From Octopus sinensis (Eukaryota), in NCBI RefSeq assembly GCF_006345805.1, contig NC_043004.1, positions 19,158,001-19,222,000 of the forward strand: a stretch of 64,000 nucleotides of DNA, in the 5' to 3' direction. The notes under the pieces are model-generated. The model searched no databases, was not told the DNA's origin, and saw nothing but the letters and a program-made list of their open reading frames with translations. The translations under genes and the position numbers were made by a program. Below, piece by piece: positions 14,314 to 28,045 of the stretch; within the stretch, counting starts at the first letter, position 1, and every line of letters starts with the position of its first letter.

Positions 14314-14835
14314 GTAAGTAATATTTATTAATTTCATAAATGATCGCCGTTGTAAGATGGCAAGAATTAGTAGCTGAGCTAACGTATCGCTGCAATTCTC
14401 TTACATTCATAAAATTCTTTTTAATTCTATGAATGTTAGATGAAATATTTTCTTTTCTACTTATATAAATAATCATTAATGGACAAATTCAGTACAACGT
14501 AAAGTTTTAAAAACCTTAAAAGACATGTTTCATTTACCTGATGCTTAAATAAGTCGCAAAATAGTTTTTTTTAAATTCCTATTTTTCTTCAAAGCGTTGA
14601 AGATGTATATTAAAGGAAAGTACTTCCGCCTGTTAAGGTGATATGATTCTTTCAATATGGTTCCTATTGTAAATACGTATCATTTTCAATGTACATTTTT
14701 TTATACATGAGGTCCAACGTAGTACAGCATCGAACTAAATACTCTGCAATAATTACTTCCGGTCCCACCTATTCAAAATTTAAAATTTTTCCGATCTAGA
14801 CTACTTGGCTATTTTCTAAAACGTTTATCTCCAGT

Positions 14836-15300
14836 AGGTGCAGGCGTGGCTGCTTCCCAGTCATATGGGTCCAGGTTCAATCTCACTGCGCGACACTTTC
14901 GACAGGTGTCTTCTACTATAGGATCGGGCCAACCAAAGACTTGTGAGTGGATTTGGTAGACGTAAACTGAAAGAAGCTGGTCGTGTATATGTATATATAT
15001 ATATACATACATACACACACACATAAACACATATATATATACTTACATATATATATATATATATATATATGTTTCTGTGTGAGTGTCGTTGTGTGTGTGT
15101 TTGTCCGCCCCCACCGCCGGACAACCGGTGCTGGTGTGCTTATATCCGCGTAACTTAGTGGTTCAGCCAAAATTCCCGATAGAATATGTAGCAGGCTTTA
15201 AAACAATAAGTACTGGGGTTGATACATTCAACTAAATATTCTCCATGGCCTTGCTTCAGCATTGCCGTAGTGTAATGACTGAAGCAAGGTGAAACAGAAG
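14836..15300 (+). mobile_element. SINE family A, diverged copy, + orientation
   Basis: Head AGGTGCAGGCGTGGCTG...GGTTCAATCTC, then body GTGAGTGGATTTGGTAGACG, microsatellite and GACAACCGGTGCTGGTGTG block. Confidence 0.85.
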
Positions 15301-15904
15301 AAAAAAAAAAGATAAAATTCACGCAAGTGCGAGGGTGAGGAAAAAAACTGTAGCCTAACTTTCTAAATGTCTTTTGTTAAGCCTTATACACTGCGTTCAA
15401 ACAATTTTGAAGGTCAGCTTCTTTTGGTTTCTGTCAACTGCATTTCTAAAACTGGTGTCATATGTACCCGGAAGACAATACTTTCTATAATCTACTTCGC
15501 CTATAAATTTGTGTTCGATCTATGAAATCAAAAAAATAATACTAACAAATGCTGTAACGAAGTTGGCAAACTTCTATCAAACCGAGGGTATAACATGATT
15601 TTGATTTTTGCAAATTGATGTGACTTGCCTACATCATAGAGAAAAGCAATGTGGCGTGAGAGAAAAGCAAGATGGGAGTGAATGTGAGAGAAAAGTAATG
15701 TGGAACGAGTGTGAGAAAAGGGATGTGGACCGAGTGTGAGAGAACAGCTCACCTGGATTCCTACTATATCAACTCTTTATCCCGTGGACTTAGACCTTGG
15801 TAAAGACTTTGGAGTGTAAGTTCAAATCATTTGAGCGCTGCTACGTGCTTTCTACATTGAGCATCTCTGGATCTCACCTGTTGACTCTGTGTGTGTGTGT
15901 TGTG

Positions 15905-15954
<50 letters not shown>

Positions 15955-16043
15955 TATATATAAATATAATATATGTAAATAAACAATAAAGATATATATA
16001 TATAAACATATATATATATACAAACAATAAACATATATGTATG

Positions 16044-16109
<66 letters not shown>

Positions 16110-18636
16110 TGCATATAAAGTCATCTGTGCCTAGTAGTATTTGCTAAGGCTATATTTTGATAGTCTAATAGATAGTATAATATGTTTGAAAGCTGTTGAA
16201 GTTATTACCGTACTACCGCTATCAGACCCATTCCTGACCGCATTAACAACTATCTATTTGTAATTAACCAAAGAGGTCATAGCTCCCGATATTCCAATCA
16301 AACCAAAAGTTTATTTCTCTGTTACCGTTAATGTTTGTCAGTCGCAACATCTAACAGAAGAAGGATTGTCTTTCTAGTCAGAAATGGCGAGATTTAAACT
16401 CAGAACGCGTAACGCTGGATCATATACTGCGATGTTTCTCGTCTTAACGTTCTGGATTCGTAATTTATTCATTAACCCTGAGAGAATGAAAGATACATGT
16501 TGCTTCTTTCTGCTCACAAAATCTGTAACATTTTTTCAAAAACTTTTTGTTGGTTCTCAGGAATAAGTATGCTGGCACCGGCATGACCATTTACTTGTTT
16601 ATCTTATGTTATTTATTAATCTGCTGTATGCGATGGAAATGGAGAAATGAAGTTTCCGTTTGAATAATTTATAACATAAATGAAACAGCATCAACTGGAA
16701 ACTATATCTTTGTCGCTACCTGATAGCTCAAGTGTTGCTCATTTTCACATTCGCCTATATATGGTAGAGAAATGATAATGGATAGCTATTTTCTATTTCA
16801 TTTTTTTGATACTTTGAAATAAAATATGTATTATTTGGGGTACATCATTTTCTAATTATGACAATGATATAGCTTACATTGTTTTAGATGTTATAACAAA
16901 AATTCTGTACAAAAGATTTATCGAATACGAGAAACTTGTTCAAAAGAAATCAATCTAACTCTATGTGTTTATCTCTTTTGTGGTTGATATCACAAAGAAA
17001 GTATGAAGAAAGGTCGATTAGAAACTTATTGCCGTATATTAATAGAGGGGCAGGTGTTACTGTGTCTATTTTTATTATCTATAATTTGCTTAACAGATTT
17101 TGTATCGATTGATGAAGTTAGATTATGAATTGTGTACTAAATGCTAGTACTTCTGACAGACAATCCTTGACTTTCTAGAGACGAATCTCAGATATTTGTC
17201 ACTATATAAGTGCTATGTGTCTCTGCTGGTGATGTCAAACATGAAGCAGACATGTTCGGAAATGATGAAGTATTTAATAAGAGGTCGTGATAAGTGAGTG
17301 GCAGAATTTACACGTTTACAGTATTTATTGGTGTCACTTTCCATAGAAGCATCGTCCTGTTCATGTGCCTTTCGTCCTTCTAGTTTGATTAATAGTCTCA
17401 AAATTGCGAAGACTCTGCAGTCTTTTCTTGGAACTAAGGTATGACAGAAGGAATTAAAATTGCGTTTTTTTATCGTGGAGAGCTACATATAGGAAAAAAT
17501 ACGAGGCGTGTTGCTTCCAATTATTTTCAGCTCCTATTCAAATCGAATTTACTTTTCTTCAGTTATTAATGCTATTTGCAAATTGCTAACTGTACAGAGC
17601 TGTTACACCCTGTCAATCTATGTACAATCTATGTAAAAAAAAAAAAAAGAAAAAGTATCGAATACTATTAAACACAAATTAGTTTCGAACTATTTGTTGA
17701 TCTATAAAAAGTAAATTCTGCAACGGTGCATGGATACCGTAAAAGAAATATTACGATCTCTTCCGGTTTAATTATATTGTGAATTAACACATTCCAGATA
17801 TATGTAACTCAGTTAGAACATTGAAATATTACAGGGTTCTTTTCTGAAGTTTAACTCTAAATATCATATCGAGTTTTAGTCTAGATATCCCAAACTGGTG
17901 AGTTTGGAAATTTCTCTCCGGAAAAAAACTATATATTTGTAGCTTAATTGAATAATTTATCCATAAGTCTATTCATAGAGTTCGACATTTAACCGAACGG
18001 CTAGTATATCACGGTGACACATGATATTGAATTTATAGAAATGTTTCCAAGCTAACTTCAATTCTATTAACAAAGGTCTGATTCATATATCATCCTGCAG
18101 GTACCAAAGTTGAACATGATATCGTTTTCCTAAATAAATAATACCTCTGTATTATTTTAAAAATACAAATAGGTATTGAAATCTTTAAAAGCCTATTGGT
18201 ATCGAATAATTAATTTTATTTGAAAGGACATTATTTTTTCCAAAACTCTTAATTTACTAGCAAGTAAGTTAAAATACACAGCAAGTAAAGAAATTGTTTG
18301 CACATAATAAGAATGTTAATTCTATTCTACCCAGTGCACAGAATTATTTTTACTGCATGCATTATATTGGCAGTTACTAACATTTTCGCACTTTTGCCAC
18401 AAGGCATATGAGTACTTAACTATTTATCAGCTTGAACAGACTCTTCATAAGTATGGAGGGTTTGGCAGAATCAAAGTAGTCATTGAAAAACTATAAACAT
18501 TGAGAGATGAGCTGTTCTTTATAAGTTAAGTGTACTTGAAAGATATCAGAGCAAACATATTCATAAAACCACAAAATAACAAATATCAAGCCATGTGTTT
18601 ATACACACACGTACACATACACACATATACAAATAC

Positions 18637-18686
<50 letters not shown>

Positions 18687-19266
18687 CATACACACTGGTT
18701 TACACGCGCATGGCGTGCATACATACAATTACACATATGCATATATATGTATGTATAGTGTGCGTATATATGTATGAGCGTGTATGTGTGCCTACTATGT
18801 GCGTAAGGTGTTGGTATATATACACATGCAAATGTGTGTATGTACATCTACACACACACAAGCGCGAAGGTGTACATACAAACACATAAAACAAAATGAA
18901 TGTTTGGTGTGTATATGTGTTCAATTATTGAATAAAAGCGTTTAATATATTTTAGCAAGAATACCAATATAGAAATGAGCATTAAAAGTTAACTACATGT
19001 TACGAATTTAGAAATATTGTGGCTAAAATATAATCTTTTCCAGTCACGCTTCTGCGTGTGTTCGTGTGTGTGTGTGTGAGTGAGCGTGTGTGTGTATATA
19101 TGCATGAGTGAGTGTTTTTGTGTGAGGGTAGTATGTAGATAGATCGATATATTGATAGATAGATATATATACACTGACAAGTGCTCATGTACATATATAT
19201 ATATACATGCACGTGTATTTGTGTGCGCGCGTCTATACGTTTCTGTATATGAATATACATAACATA

Positions 19267-19308
<42 letters not shown>

Positions 19309-20003
19309 CTCTTGTTTCGGGAAGTAGCCATGCCGTCTCCCAGTTAAAACATCCTGTACGCTACAATCTAAAATAAAGCACTCTGGCTTCAAAGTCGTAG
19401 TGTGTGTGTGTGTATGGGCTTGTGTAAATGTGTGTGTGTGGGGGTGGTAGATATACTGGAATTTACAAAGAATATATAATATTCAATATGATATCACTCC
19501 TCTATTTACTCAAAAATCTACTTATAATTTTGGTGATTTTATTGTGCAAAAATTTAAATACTTTATATGCATCTATAATCATGTCCGTCATTAACACGAA
19601 AATGCTATTATAATTTTTCAGTACCATTATTTGTATGTTTAAATTACCTTGCTGCCCACCTAAGTTGTATAATACCATAATAATTGATCTGTTCGATACG
19701 GTAGTTTAGGAGAGTTTAAAATGACTGTAGAATAGACATATCTACCGTGATGTAATATAATAGCATAAGTAGAAAATGATTGGTCGAGTGACATGGAAGA
19801 TGTACATGACTGAGGACAAAAATGAGAGCATATTTAGATGAATATATGTGGGTATGTATATATATATATATATATATACATTAGTGAGAAATAAACGAAT
19901 ATGTAAAAGTGTTTAAGGAATGCGTGGGAGAGGAAACTATTGATTTCTCCTAACGCAATGAAGCGAGATGTATCGTCAGTATTATGTGTATATATATATA
20001 TTT

Positions 20004-20482
20004 CTTTATTGCCCACAAGGGGCTAAACATAGACGGGACAAACAAAGACAGACTAAGGGATTAAGTCAACTATATCGACCCCAGTCGAAGGCGGCGAGCT
20101 GGCAGAAACGTTAGCACGCCGGGCGAAATTCGTAGCCGTATTTCGTCTGTCGTTGCGTTCCGAGTTCAAATTCCGCCGAGGTCGACTTTGCCTTTCATCC
20201 TTTCGGGGTCGATAAATTAAGTGCCAGTTACGCACTGGGGTCGATGTAATCGACTTAATCCCTTTGTCTGTCCTTGTTTGTCCCCTCTGTGTTTAGCCCC
20301 TTGTGGGTAGTAAAGAAATATATATTGACCCCAGTGAGTAATTGGTACATTATTTATCGACTCCGAAAGGATGAAAGGCAAAGTCGACCTCGGCGGAATT
20401 TGAACTCAGAACGTAGCGACAGACGAAATACTGCTGAGCATTTCGTCCAGCGTGCTAACGTTCCTGCCAGCTCGCCGCCTTA
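20004..20482 (-). mobile_element. SINE family B (outer copy), split by a nested family B copy
   Basis: 3' part at 20004-20085 and 5' part at 20336-20482 on the minus strand. Head AAGGCGGCGAGCTGGCAG with box B GAGTTCAAATTC. Confidence 0.88.
20086..20320 (+). mobile_element. SINE family B, full length, nested, 15-bp TSD
   Basis: Flanked by TATATCGACCCCAGT (20071-20085) and TATATTGACCCCAGT (20321-20335). Confidence 0.9.
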
Positions 20483-20626
20483 AATGTGTGTATATATGTG
20501 TCCATGTACATGGTTGCGAATGTGGGTATGTAAGCATGTGCCTAGGAAATATTGAGATATAAATGTATAAATGAGTGTATATTCGTGCCCGTGTGTGTGT
20601 GTTTGTGTGTGTGTGTGCGTGTGTGT

Positions 20627-20668
<42 letters not shown>

Positions 20669-21092
20669 TTAATTGTTTCTATGTATACACCGTGTGAATG
20701 AATATATGCGTGCATCTGAGTGCAGGTGAATTAATCCCTTTCTGTGCGTTTACCTCAATTAATGACTGATTGAGCAACTGTGATGGGAAGCGAAACAGCT
20801 GAAGTTTTACGAGTAGCCTGGCGGGCTATTTGAGATAAGGTGACCACGCGTCCTTTGAAGAAAAAATATTTTCTTTTCTTAACATCTTAGAATGTTAAAT
20901 CTATCAACATAAAAGGTGAGACATGTTTACGCTAAAAAAAAAATATCGCATTTTAGGTCTGTTTAATATATATTTATAATTTTGATTATTTTATTTCCAT
21001 CGATAATTTTGGTCTATTTCTTTTGTAATTCATTTTTTTTCATTTTTTTTTTGTTGGTATTTTTATAACTCATGTCTGTCTGGGTCTATGTG

Positions 21093-21511
21093 TTACACTC
21101 TCTTACTCTTTTACATGTTTCAGTCATTTGACTGCGGCCATGCTGGAGCACCGCCTTTAGTCGAGCAAATCGACCCCGGGACTTATTCTTTGTAAGCCCA
21201 GTACTTATTCTATTGGTCTCTTTTGCCGAACCGCTAAGTGACAGGGACGTAAACACACCAGCATCGGTTGTCAAGCAATGCTAGGGGGACAAACACAGAC
21301 ACACAAACACAAACACACACATACATATATATATATACATATATATACGACAGGCTTCTTTCAGTTTCCGTCTACCAAATCCACTCACAAGGCATTGGTC
21401 GGCCCGGGGCTATAGCAGAAGACAGTCGCCCAAGATGCCACGCAGTGGGACTGAACCCGGAACCATGTAGTTGGTTAGCAAGCTACTTACCACACAACCA
21501 CTCCTGCGCCT
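21093..21511 (-). mobile_element. SINE family A, full length
   Basis: Complete head AGGCGCAGGAGTGGTTGTGTGG, body and AAGAGT tail on the minus strand. Confidence 0.92.
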
Positions 21512-21759
21512 ATGGTATAAAACACTGGGAAACTTGGCGTAATTCAGCAGTTCTCTCAAAGTCATTCCCCTAATGAGTTGCGGTTACACAACTACTGCTG
21601 GATCATATTTGTGTATATAACAGTATGATACGGAAAACTCAGCAACTAACAGTTGTTACCGATGCATAGAAATAATCGTTAGTAGTTAAAATCTGTCCAT
21701 TCCATCTTGTTTTGTAAATTTTTATATGCATATATATCTGTGTATGTGTTTGTGTGTGT

Positions 21760-21770
21760 ATATCTATCTA

Positions 21771-21849
<79 letters not shown>

Positions 21850-21850
21850 T
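21760..21850. repeat. (TCTA)n microsatellite (a second one at ~24045-24180)
   Basis: Seen directly. Confidence 0.97.
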
Positions 21851-21867
21851 CTATTCGTGTCAGCTCG

Positions 21868-23690
21868 CAGGCAAGAACTCCACTCTCGTTTTCCATTTAT
21901 CCCTCTCTTTTGCAATTTCTTTTTGCCGCATTCCATGATGCCCGTACAGTTTGATTCCTTTACCACTATCCTTCTCCGTGTGGTTTTTGGTCGACAAACT
22001 TTTCTCTTCTCCTCAGGTTGCCAAATCAAAGCAATCATGCAATAATTATTGTGCTCCTTTCTAAATACATGTCCAATCTAATTCCATTCCTTCCTTTTTA
22101 ATTCTTGGCTTATCCTGGAAGCTTGGGTAGTTTTGTTGAGTTTATCCATTGATATAATGTTTGGCCATCCTATCCGCATTATTTTCTTCAGGCCTTTGTA
22201 CTGAAAAGAATCCATTTTTCTCTCATCACTATTGTTCATTGTACAAGTTTCACAGCCATAAAGAAGTACAGGTCTTACTAGCGTTTTATAGAGTTTGATT
22301 TTTGTATCCCTTCCAAATTGTTTTGGTCGCTATACTTTGTCCAAATTTGCTAAAAGCACTTCTGGCTCTATTGATTCTGCTTATCATCTCTCTCCCTCCA
22401 CCACCTTCTTTACTGACAATTGCACCTAGATAGGTGAACTCATCCACGTTTTCAATGTCCTTTTCATCTTGTTGTTCAATCGCAAGATCGTAACTCTCTC
22501 ATTGATCTTTAATCCCACTCTCTTTGCAAGACTTGACATTTTGTTGGTTTTTCTGCTGAATCGGCGATTGGCTGGAAGACAGCAAAGCAATGTCGTCAAC
22601 ATAATCCAGATCTTTACCATCTTATCCCAGTGTTGTTATTTATGCTGGTCTTCCACATCACCCAGACTATGACGAGTAGAAACAACAATCCAGATGTAAC
22701 GCAGCCTTGTTTTACGCCTGTCTTTACATGGAACCATTCTGTCATTTTACCATCGTTCAGTATTGCAAATTTACCATCTTTGTACATTAATTTGACTATG
22801 TTGATAATTTTGCTTGGTGCGCCATACTGCATCATGATTTCCTATAAACTATCCCTATGAACTGAATCGAAAGCTTTTTCAAAATCGATGAAGTTTATAT
22901 ACAATGAAGATTGGCATTCTAAACACTGTTCAATAATGTTTCTCAAGATGAATATTTTTTGGGTGGTATTTTTACCTTCGAGGAAGCCTGCTTGTTCTAA
23001 TATTATTGTTATTAATACCGATTTGGATCCTGTTAATTATGATTCTTCCTAGCACTTTATTTGCTGTAAATAAAGTTTCCACATTCTGATAGATCTCCTT
23101 TCTTTGTTAACTTGACAATCAGTCTTTTCTTCCGGTCATGGGGTATTGTCGCTTGATCCCAAATATCATTCATAATACTGTGCAGTTTGTCTGTGGATGT
23201 TTCAATGTCTGTCTTCAATATCTCTGGTGTTATCATATCAACTCCTCCTTATTTCCCATTTTATAATCTTCTGATTACATCCTTGTTTTCTGTTTTGCTT
23301 GCAGGGCTGGTGTCAATGGTCTCCACCCCTGAAATTATAATATTTTCAATGTCCACTGGATTGGGTGGGGTGGTGCCTCTACTTAATATTTCTTCAAAAT
23401 GTTCTTTTCATCTTGTCTTTTTTCCCTTGTCATCTGTTATGATTTTACCCTGTTTATTCTTTATAACACCTGATGGTTGACGTGGTTTTTCATTACATAT
23501 TATTCTGGTTATTTCATATAGTGTTTTCATTTGACCATTCTTAGCTGCTCTTTCAGCATTGTTTGCCAAGTTCTCTACCCATTTACGTTTGTCTGATCTT
23601 GTACTTAATTTGACATCTCTGTATTTGGCTTTGTATTCCATTTGCATCTGCTGTTTAATTCTGAGGTGTTTTCTCTCTTCAAACTTTTCC
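21868..23690 (-). mobile_element. RTE-clade LINE, decayed ORF2 (RT) remnant
   Basis: Fragments YKAKYRDVKLSTRSDKRKWVENLANNAE, FIDFEKAFDSVH, YGAPSKIINIVKLMY...VKTGVKQGC and DLDYVDDIALLSS, with frameshifts and stops. Confidence 0.88.
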
Positions 23691-24045
23691 CAAGAGCCTG
23701 GTCCCCTGATAACATAATAACATAATATAGCATAATAACCGATATGAGTGCGGGTTGGTTATGGTTATTTAATTCTCCAGTCACGCTTTGCATTGTACAG
23801 AGAGACGGAAAGAGATTATTAAAAGAGAATGATAAGAGTTTCAAGTCGAGTGAGGAACTCTGGAATTAACAGTCAGTGAAAGGGTAATAAGATAATAATA
23901 GTTACATAGTTGAAGGAGGCTTAATACAGGACAACCTTTACACAAAAACACACAGAAACACTCGTACATACATTGTAATATACAAACGTAACCTCTAGAT
24001 GGCGGGTGGAGGTAAAGAAGCAATAGGTTTACATAAGCATACCTG

Positions 24046-24124
<79 letters not shown>

Positions 24125-24125
24125 C

Positions 24126-24179
<54 letters not shown>

Positions 24180-26416
24180 CATCTGTCTGTCTGTCTGACC
24201 GTCCATCTATGCATCCATCTATAGATGCCAAAACTTAGCGAATTATCACAGCTCCCAGGCTTTGGAAAATATGTGCCTCATTTAGTGTCTGCATATAAAT
24301 ATAGGTGCATGCTCTTTCCCTTATATTCTTTGTGAACATGTGTCTTTAGTACCTAAAAGTTTGTGCGTGTGTATGTGTAAGTGCATGCTTGATTACTTTT
24401 TTCATATGTGTCTTGTAAATACATACACCATCTGCGCGCATATATTCATTTAAAGAATCCCAAATGGAGAAACTTTGGAATGTCTTACAAATTTTTACTG
24501 TATTGCTTGTACATTGAACATAGAGAACTCAAAATTTGGTGCTTTTTCTTAGAAAATTCAAGCATTATCATATGTATATGTGCATGAAAATGTATCTGTC
24601 CAAAGTATTTGACCGTAACCAGAGATAAAAAAAAACTCTAGAATAGTTAATGTTATTTTAATGAATATTTTCCTTAGATACTCTTTTAGTGTGCTGTTTA
24701 TGAATAGACTTTTTTGCGTTAATCACAAAGGATTTTGACCAAAGAGATGATATAAACTAAACAAAATTTAGGGTCATAGACATGTAAATGTACAACACTA
24801 TGCTCACAGCAACAATTCATTGTAACATAACATTCACACGGTCATGTATGCTTGCACCTAGTTCACTTTGCCATTGTCTACACTCTAATGTTTTATTAAA
24901 TATAGTGTTGCTTTATATTTGTTTTTTCTTTTTAGAAGATAATATGGTTGTGGTTAAAATAAATTTTAACCACTAGCAGGAGTAGCAACCCTCATAGCTT
25001 TTTTAAAGTACTCCTTTAGAGAAATCTAGCTAGAGAAATTAAAATTGTTGCATGTCTATATTTTAAGAACTTGTTATTGGTTATTCAATGAAGGCACACG
25101 GCCTAGTGATTAAGATGTTGTGATCATGATTTTGATTCCAAGGTTGAGTGCATTGTCTTTTTCAGCAAAACGCTTCATTTCATATTGATCCAGTCCACTC
25201 AACTATAAGCGAATAACCGCGTCGCAGTCTGACAGTCTGATATCTCATTCAGAGGAAATGTTGTGATCTGAGTTAGTTATATACTATGGAAATTAGGTAA
25301 TCAGCCTTATGAGTCCAAGAACTGAAGACAATACTTGCTTTGTTGGTTATTTTCAGTAGATAGAAAGGAAAGAATGTGGGTGTCAAGTATTTAATGCAGA
25401 AATTTTGAAAAGAAAAGAGAGTAGTGATAATGAGAGGTAGAGAAATTGCTTCATAAGATGAGGATGGCATAGCTTCAACAAGTACAGAGTAGCAGAAATC
25501 ATTTCAGTAACAAACGAGGTAGCAGAGAAAAGACATTGACTGATTGACACCGAACGTGTTTATTTGATACTCAGCCATAATACATTATCGATTCTAAAAT
25601 CTCAGACCTTGAATGGAACTCCACAGAAACATTTTGTTTTCTAAAGGGATGATATTTCAGTTAAACTCAGTTGACAAAGTAAAATCTCATCTGCAAGTTC
25701 GAACCTGCTTCTTTGATACAGTATTACTCACATCAAAGTTAATGAATGTTTCAAATGAATATATATCTACAGTAATATTAGGATGATAGTAGGAAATACG
25801 ATATGCATAAAATAGTAAAAATAAAATTATTTAACTTTTACCAAATTACTCATAGTCGCACAAGTATGGGAAATCTCGAAAATGGACTGAGAATTTCGAA
25901 GGATTTCTTTGGTCTAATGGCAGAAAGCTTGTTATGTTCATAAGAGATTTGGGTTTCAGTTCCACGTCTTTCCAGTTTCTCTACCTAAAAGGTCTTTTCA
26001 ATCCAATACTTGCATTCTATAATACAATATTGAGTTAAAATTTTGGCACATGACCAGTAAGTTCAAGAAAGGAGGAAGTCGATTACATCGACCATCCGAA
26101 AGTCGATCTCCATGGTATTCAGAACATGAAGACGAACGACATGCTGCTATGCATTTTGCTAACGATCTTGTCAGCTCGCTTATCTTAACTATAATATAAT
26201 ATTGGGTTCAAATTTCTGTCACAAGGTCAGTATTTTCGGAAAGGGGTTAAGTGGATTACCTCGGCCCTAGAGCTCAACAGGTGTTTATTTTATCGACTTC
26301 GAAATTATGAAAGGCAAAGTCAACCCAGGTGGAATTAGTGCTTCATATTACATGTAAATTTAAATGATATTTCCACACCGTTTATATATTTCTCTTTCTT
26401 TTTTCTTGTTTTACAG

Positions 26417-26564
26417 ATTTCTTCGACGAGAGATGATAATTATGATTCACATCAGTTTCTTCACGTCACTCTTCCTGGCTAGTGTGATGCTTTTTCTCAT
26501 CAACACAATCTTCACATATCAGAATCTTACCAATCCAAAACGATCTAGCTCTACCAACGACAAT
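26417..26564 (+). CDS. Class B1 GPCR exon: ICL1-TM2-ECL1
   Basis: Polypyrimidine tract + ttacAG acceptor, GTTAGT donor. Phase 2 to phase 0. Encodes FLRREMIIMIHISFFTSLFLASVMLFLINTIFTYQNLTNPKRSSSTNDN, keeping the conserved TM2 His. Confidence 0.88.
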
Positions 26565-27894
26565 GTTAGTTCGATTCCATATCTTCAACGAAACGCATGT
26601 TCAATAATTATTGTTTGAACTAATTATAACACATTTTATTAAATTCAGTATTTCTATGAAATATCATATGTTTACCATGCACTATCCAGAGTCTTATTGC
26701 TGTACATGATGGAGAAGTTGTTGAAGTAAATTGAAATAGAATCAAAGTAAATTAGAAAATGGGTTGCTTCTTTCGGTTTCCTACAATTTTGTCTTTTATA
26801 CTCGAACTACAGTATTATAAACATTGGTTCCACTTTATATAATTTTTTGTATGGGAGATGATAAAAGGCATGCGTCTACTTTTCCTACTAATATTGGGCG
26901 TTTTCAAATGACTGTTACGTTTGCATCATGATCAGAGTGTATTTAGCGACAAATTCTGCTTTAATTTTCTGTGGTGTTTTAGGAGTAAGGTGTAAGTTGA
27001 AAACCTCTTATCTGAAGACATGTGGGATAATGTATTCTCCATTCCACTGTACAACGCTTCCTCATACAATTTGTGCTTAGGAAAGACTAGGGAGGTTTTT
27101 AATAAACTAACATTTTCATCGTGGGCTGTATGCCCACCAAGATTATACTGTAAGTGTACCATACGAAATTCGCACATATAAACAAATCTATAATACAGAC
27201 ACTACATGGCAGCAGTATTTGTTAGAAACAGCAGCCAAATCTCTTCCCTTTTTTGAAAAAAAAGACCGTGTAAGTTCCGATCAAGTCAATACTAATAAAA
27301 ATTCATTGAAAAATTCTAATAATGTTGAAACATGGCCGAACTTGTCTCCTTATTGCCAAAGATCAGGCTCTCTCCCTACTGCATATCGACACTCAGTGTT
27401 TTAATAAATCTTACTTATTTCAAATGCTGAAGTTGTCTGCCTTATCTTCTTTGACCAGAATTATTCATTAAACTAATGATTTTGTTTTCTCTTTGTTCTC
27501 TTAAAATATAACTAATTTAAATATGTTGGCTCACTACGTTAACGGCGTTATAAAAGGTAATAATCGTATACTTTAATCATAGAACAGGCTATCATAATTA
27601 TTTTATTGCAAATTAACAAAAATAAATTAATCATGCCAATATAATTCTTTTTTAAAGAAAATATATTTTACTACTCAATAAATTAATAAGATTCCTTTGT
27701 TAAATTTATACGCTATTTCAATTCAAAAACAATATACAGGTAGTTCACAACCGATGTTGTAAGCTTCAAACGAAATGCTTTCAGCCCACTCAAATGTTCA
27801 CTGACTAACTTTCTAAATTTCTATCCTTTATATCTAAATGCATGCAATGTAATTTTAGTTTTCTTAAGCGTTTTCTCTTGTGTCATTATTTTAG

Positions 27895-28045
27895 TTCGAG
27901 TGTGTTTCATTGAATATACTGCATCGTTATTTCGACTCAGCTACATACTTCTGGATGTTCTGTGAAGCATCACATTTACATCAATTGACTGTAAACTGCT
28001 TTCGACCACCTCGCCGAATGTACATGTATCACTGTTTTGCTTGGG
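27895..28045 (+). CDS. Class B1 GPCR exon: TM3-ICL2-start of TM4
   Basis: attttAG acceptor, GTGAGT donor. Phase 0 to phase 1. Encodes FECVSLNILHRYFDSATYFWMFCEASHLHQLTVNCFRPPRRMYMYHCFAW(G), with the TM3 Cys, a YxWMxxExxxLH signature and the AWG motif. Confidence 0.92.

Noticed and set aside
11491-19400. Many long ORFs of the HTYI/MYVC/IYIY/THTH type (also at 32.4, 39.6, 53-54.9 and 60.9 kb)
   Set aside because: They are translations of (TATG)n, (TA)n, (CA)n and (AAT)n microsatellites that lack stops in some frames.
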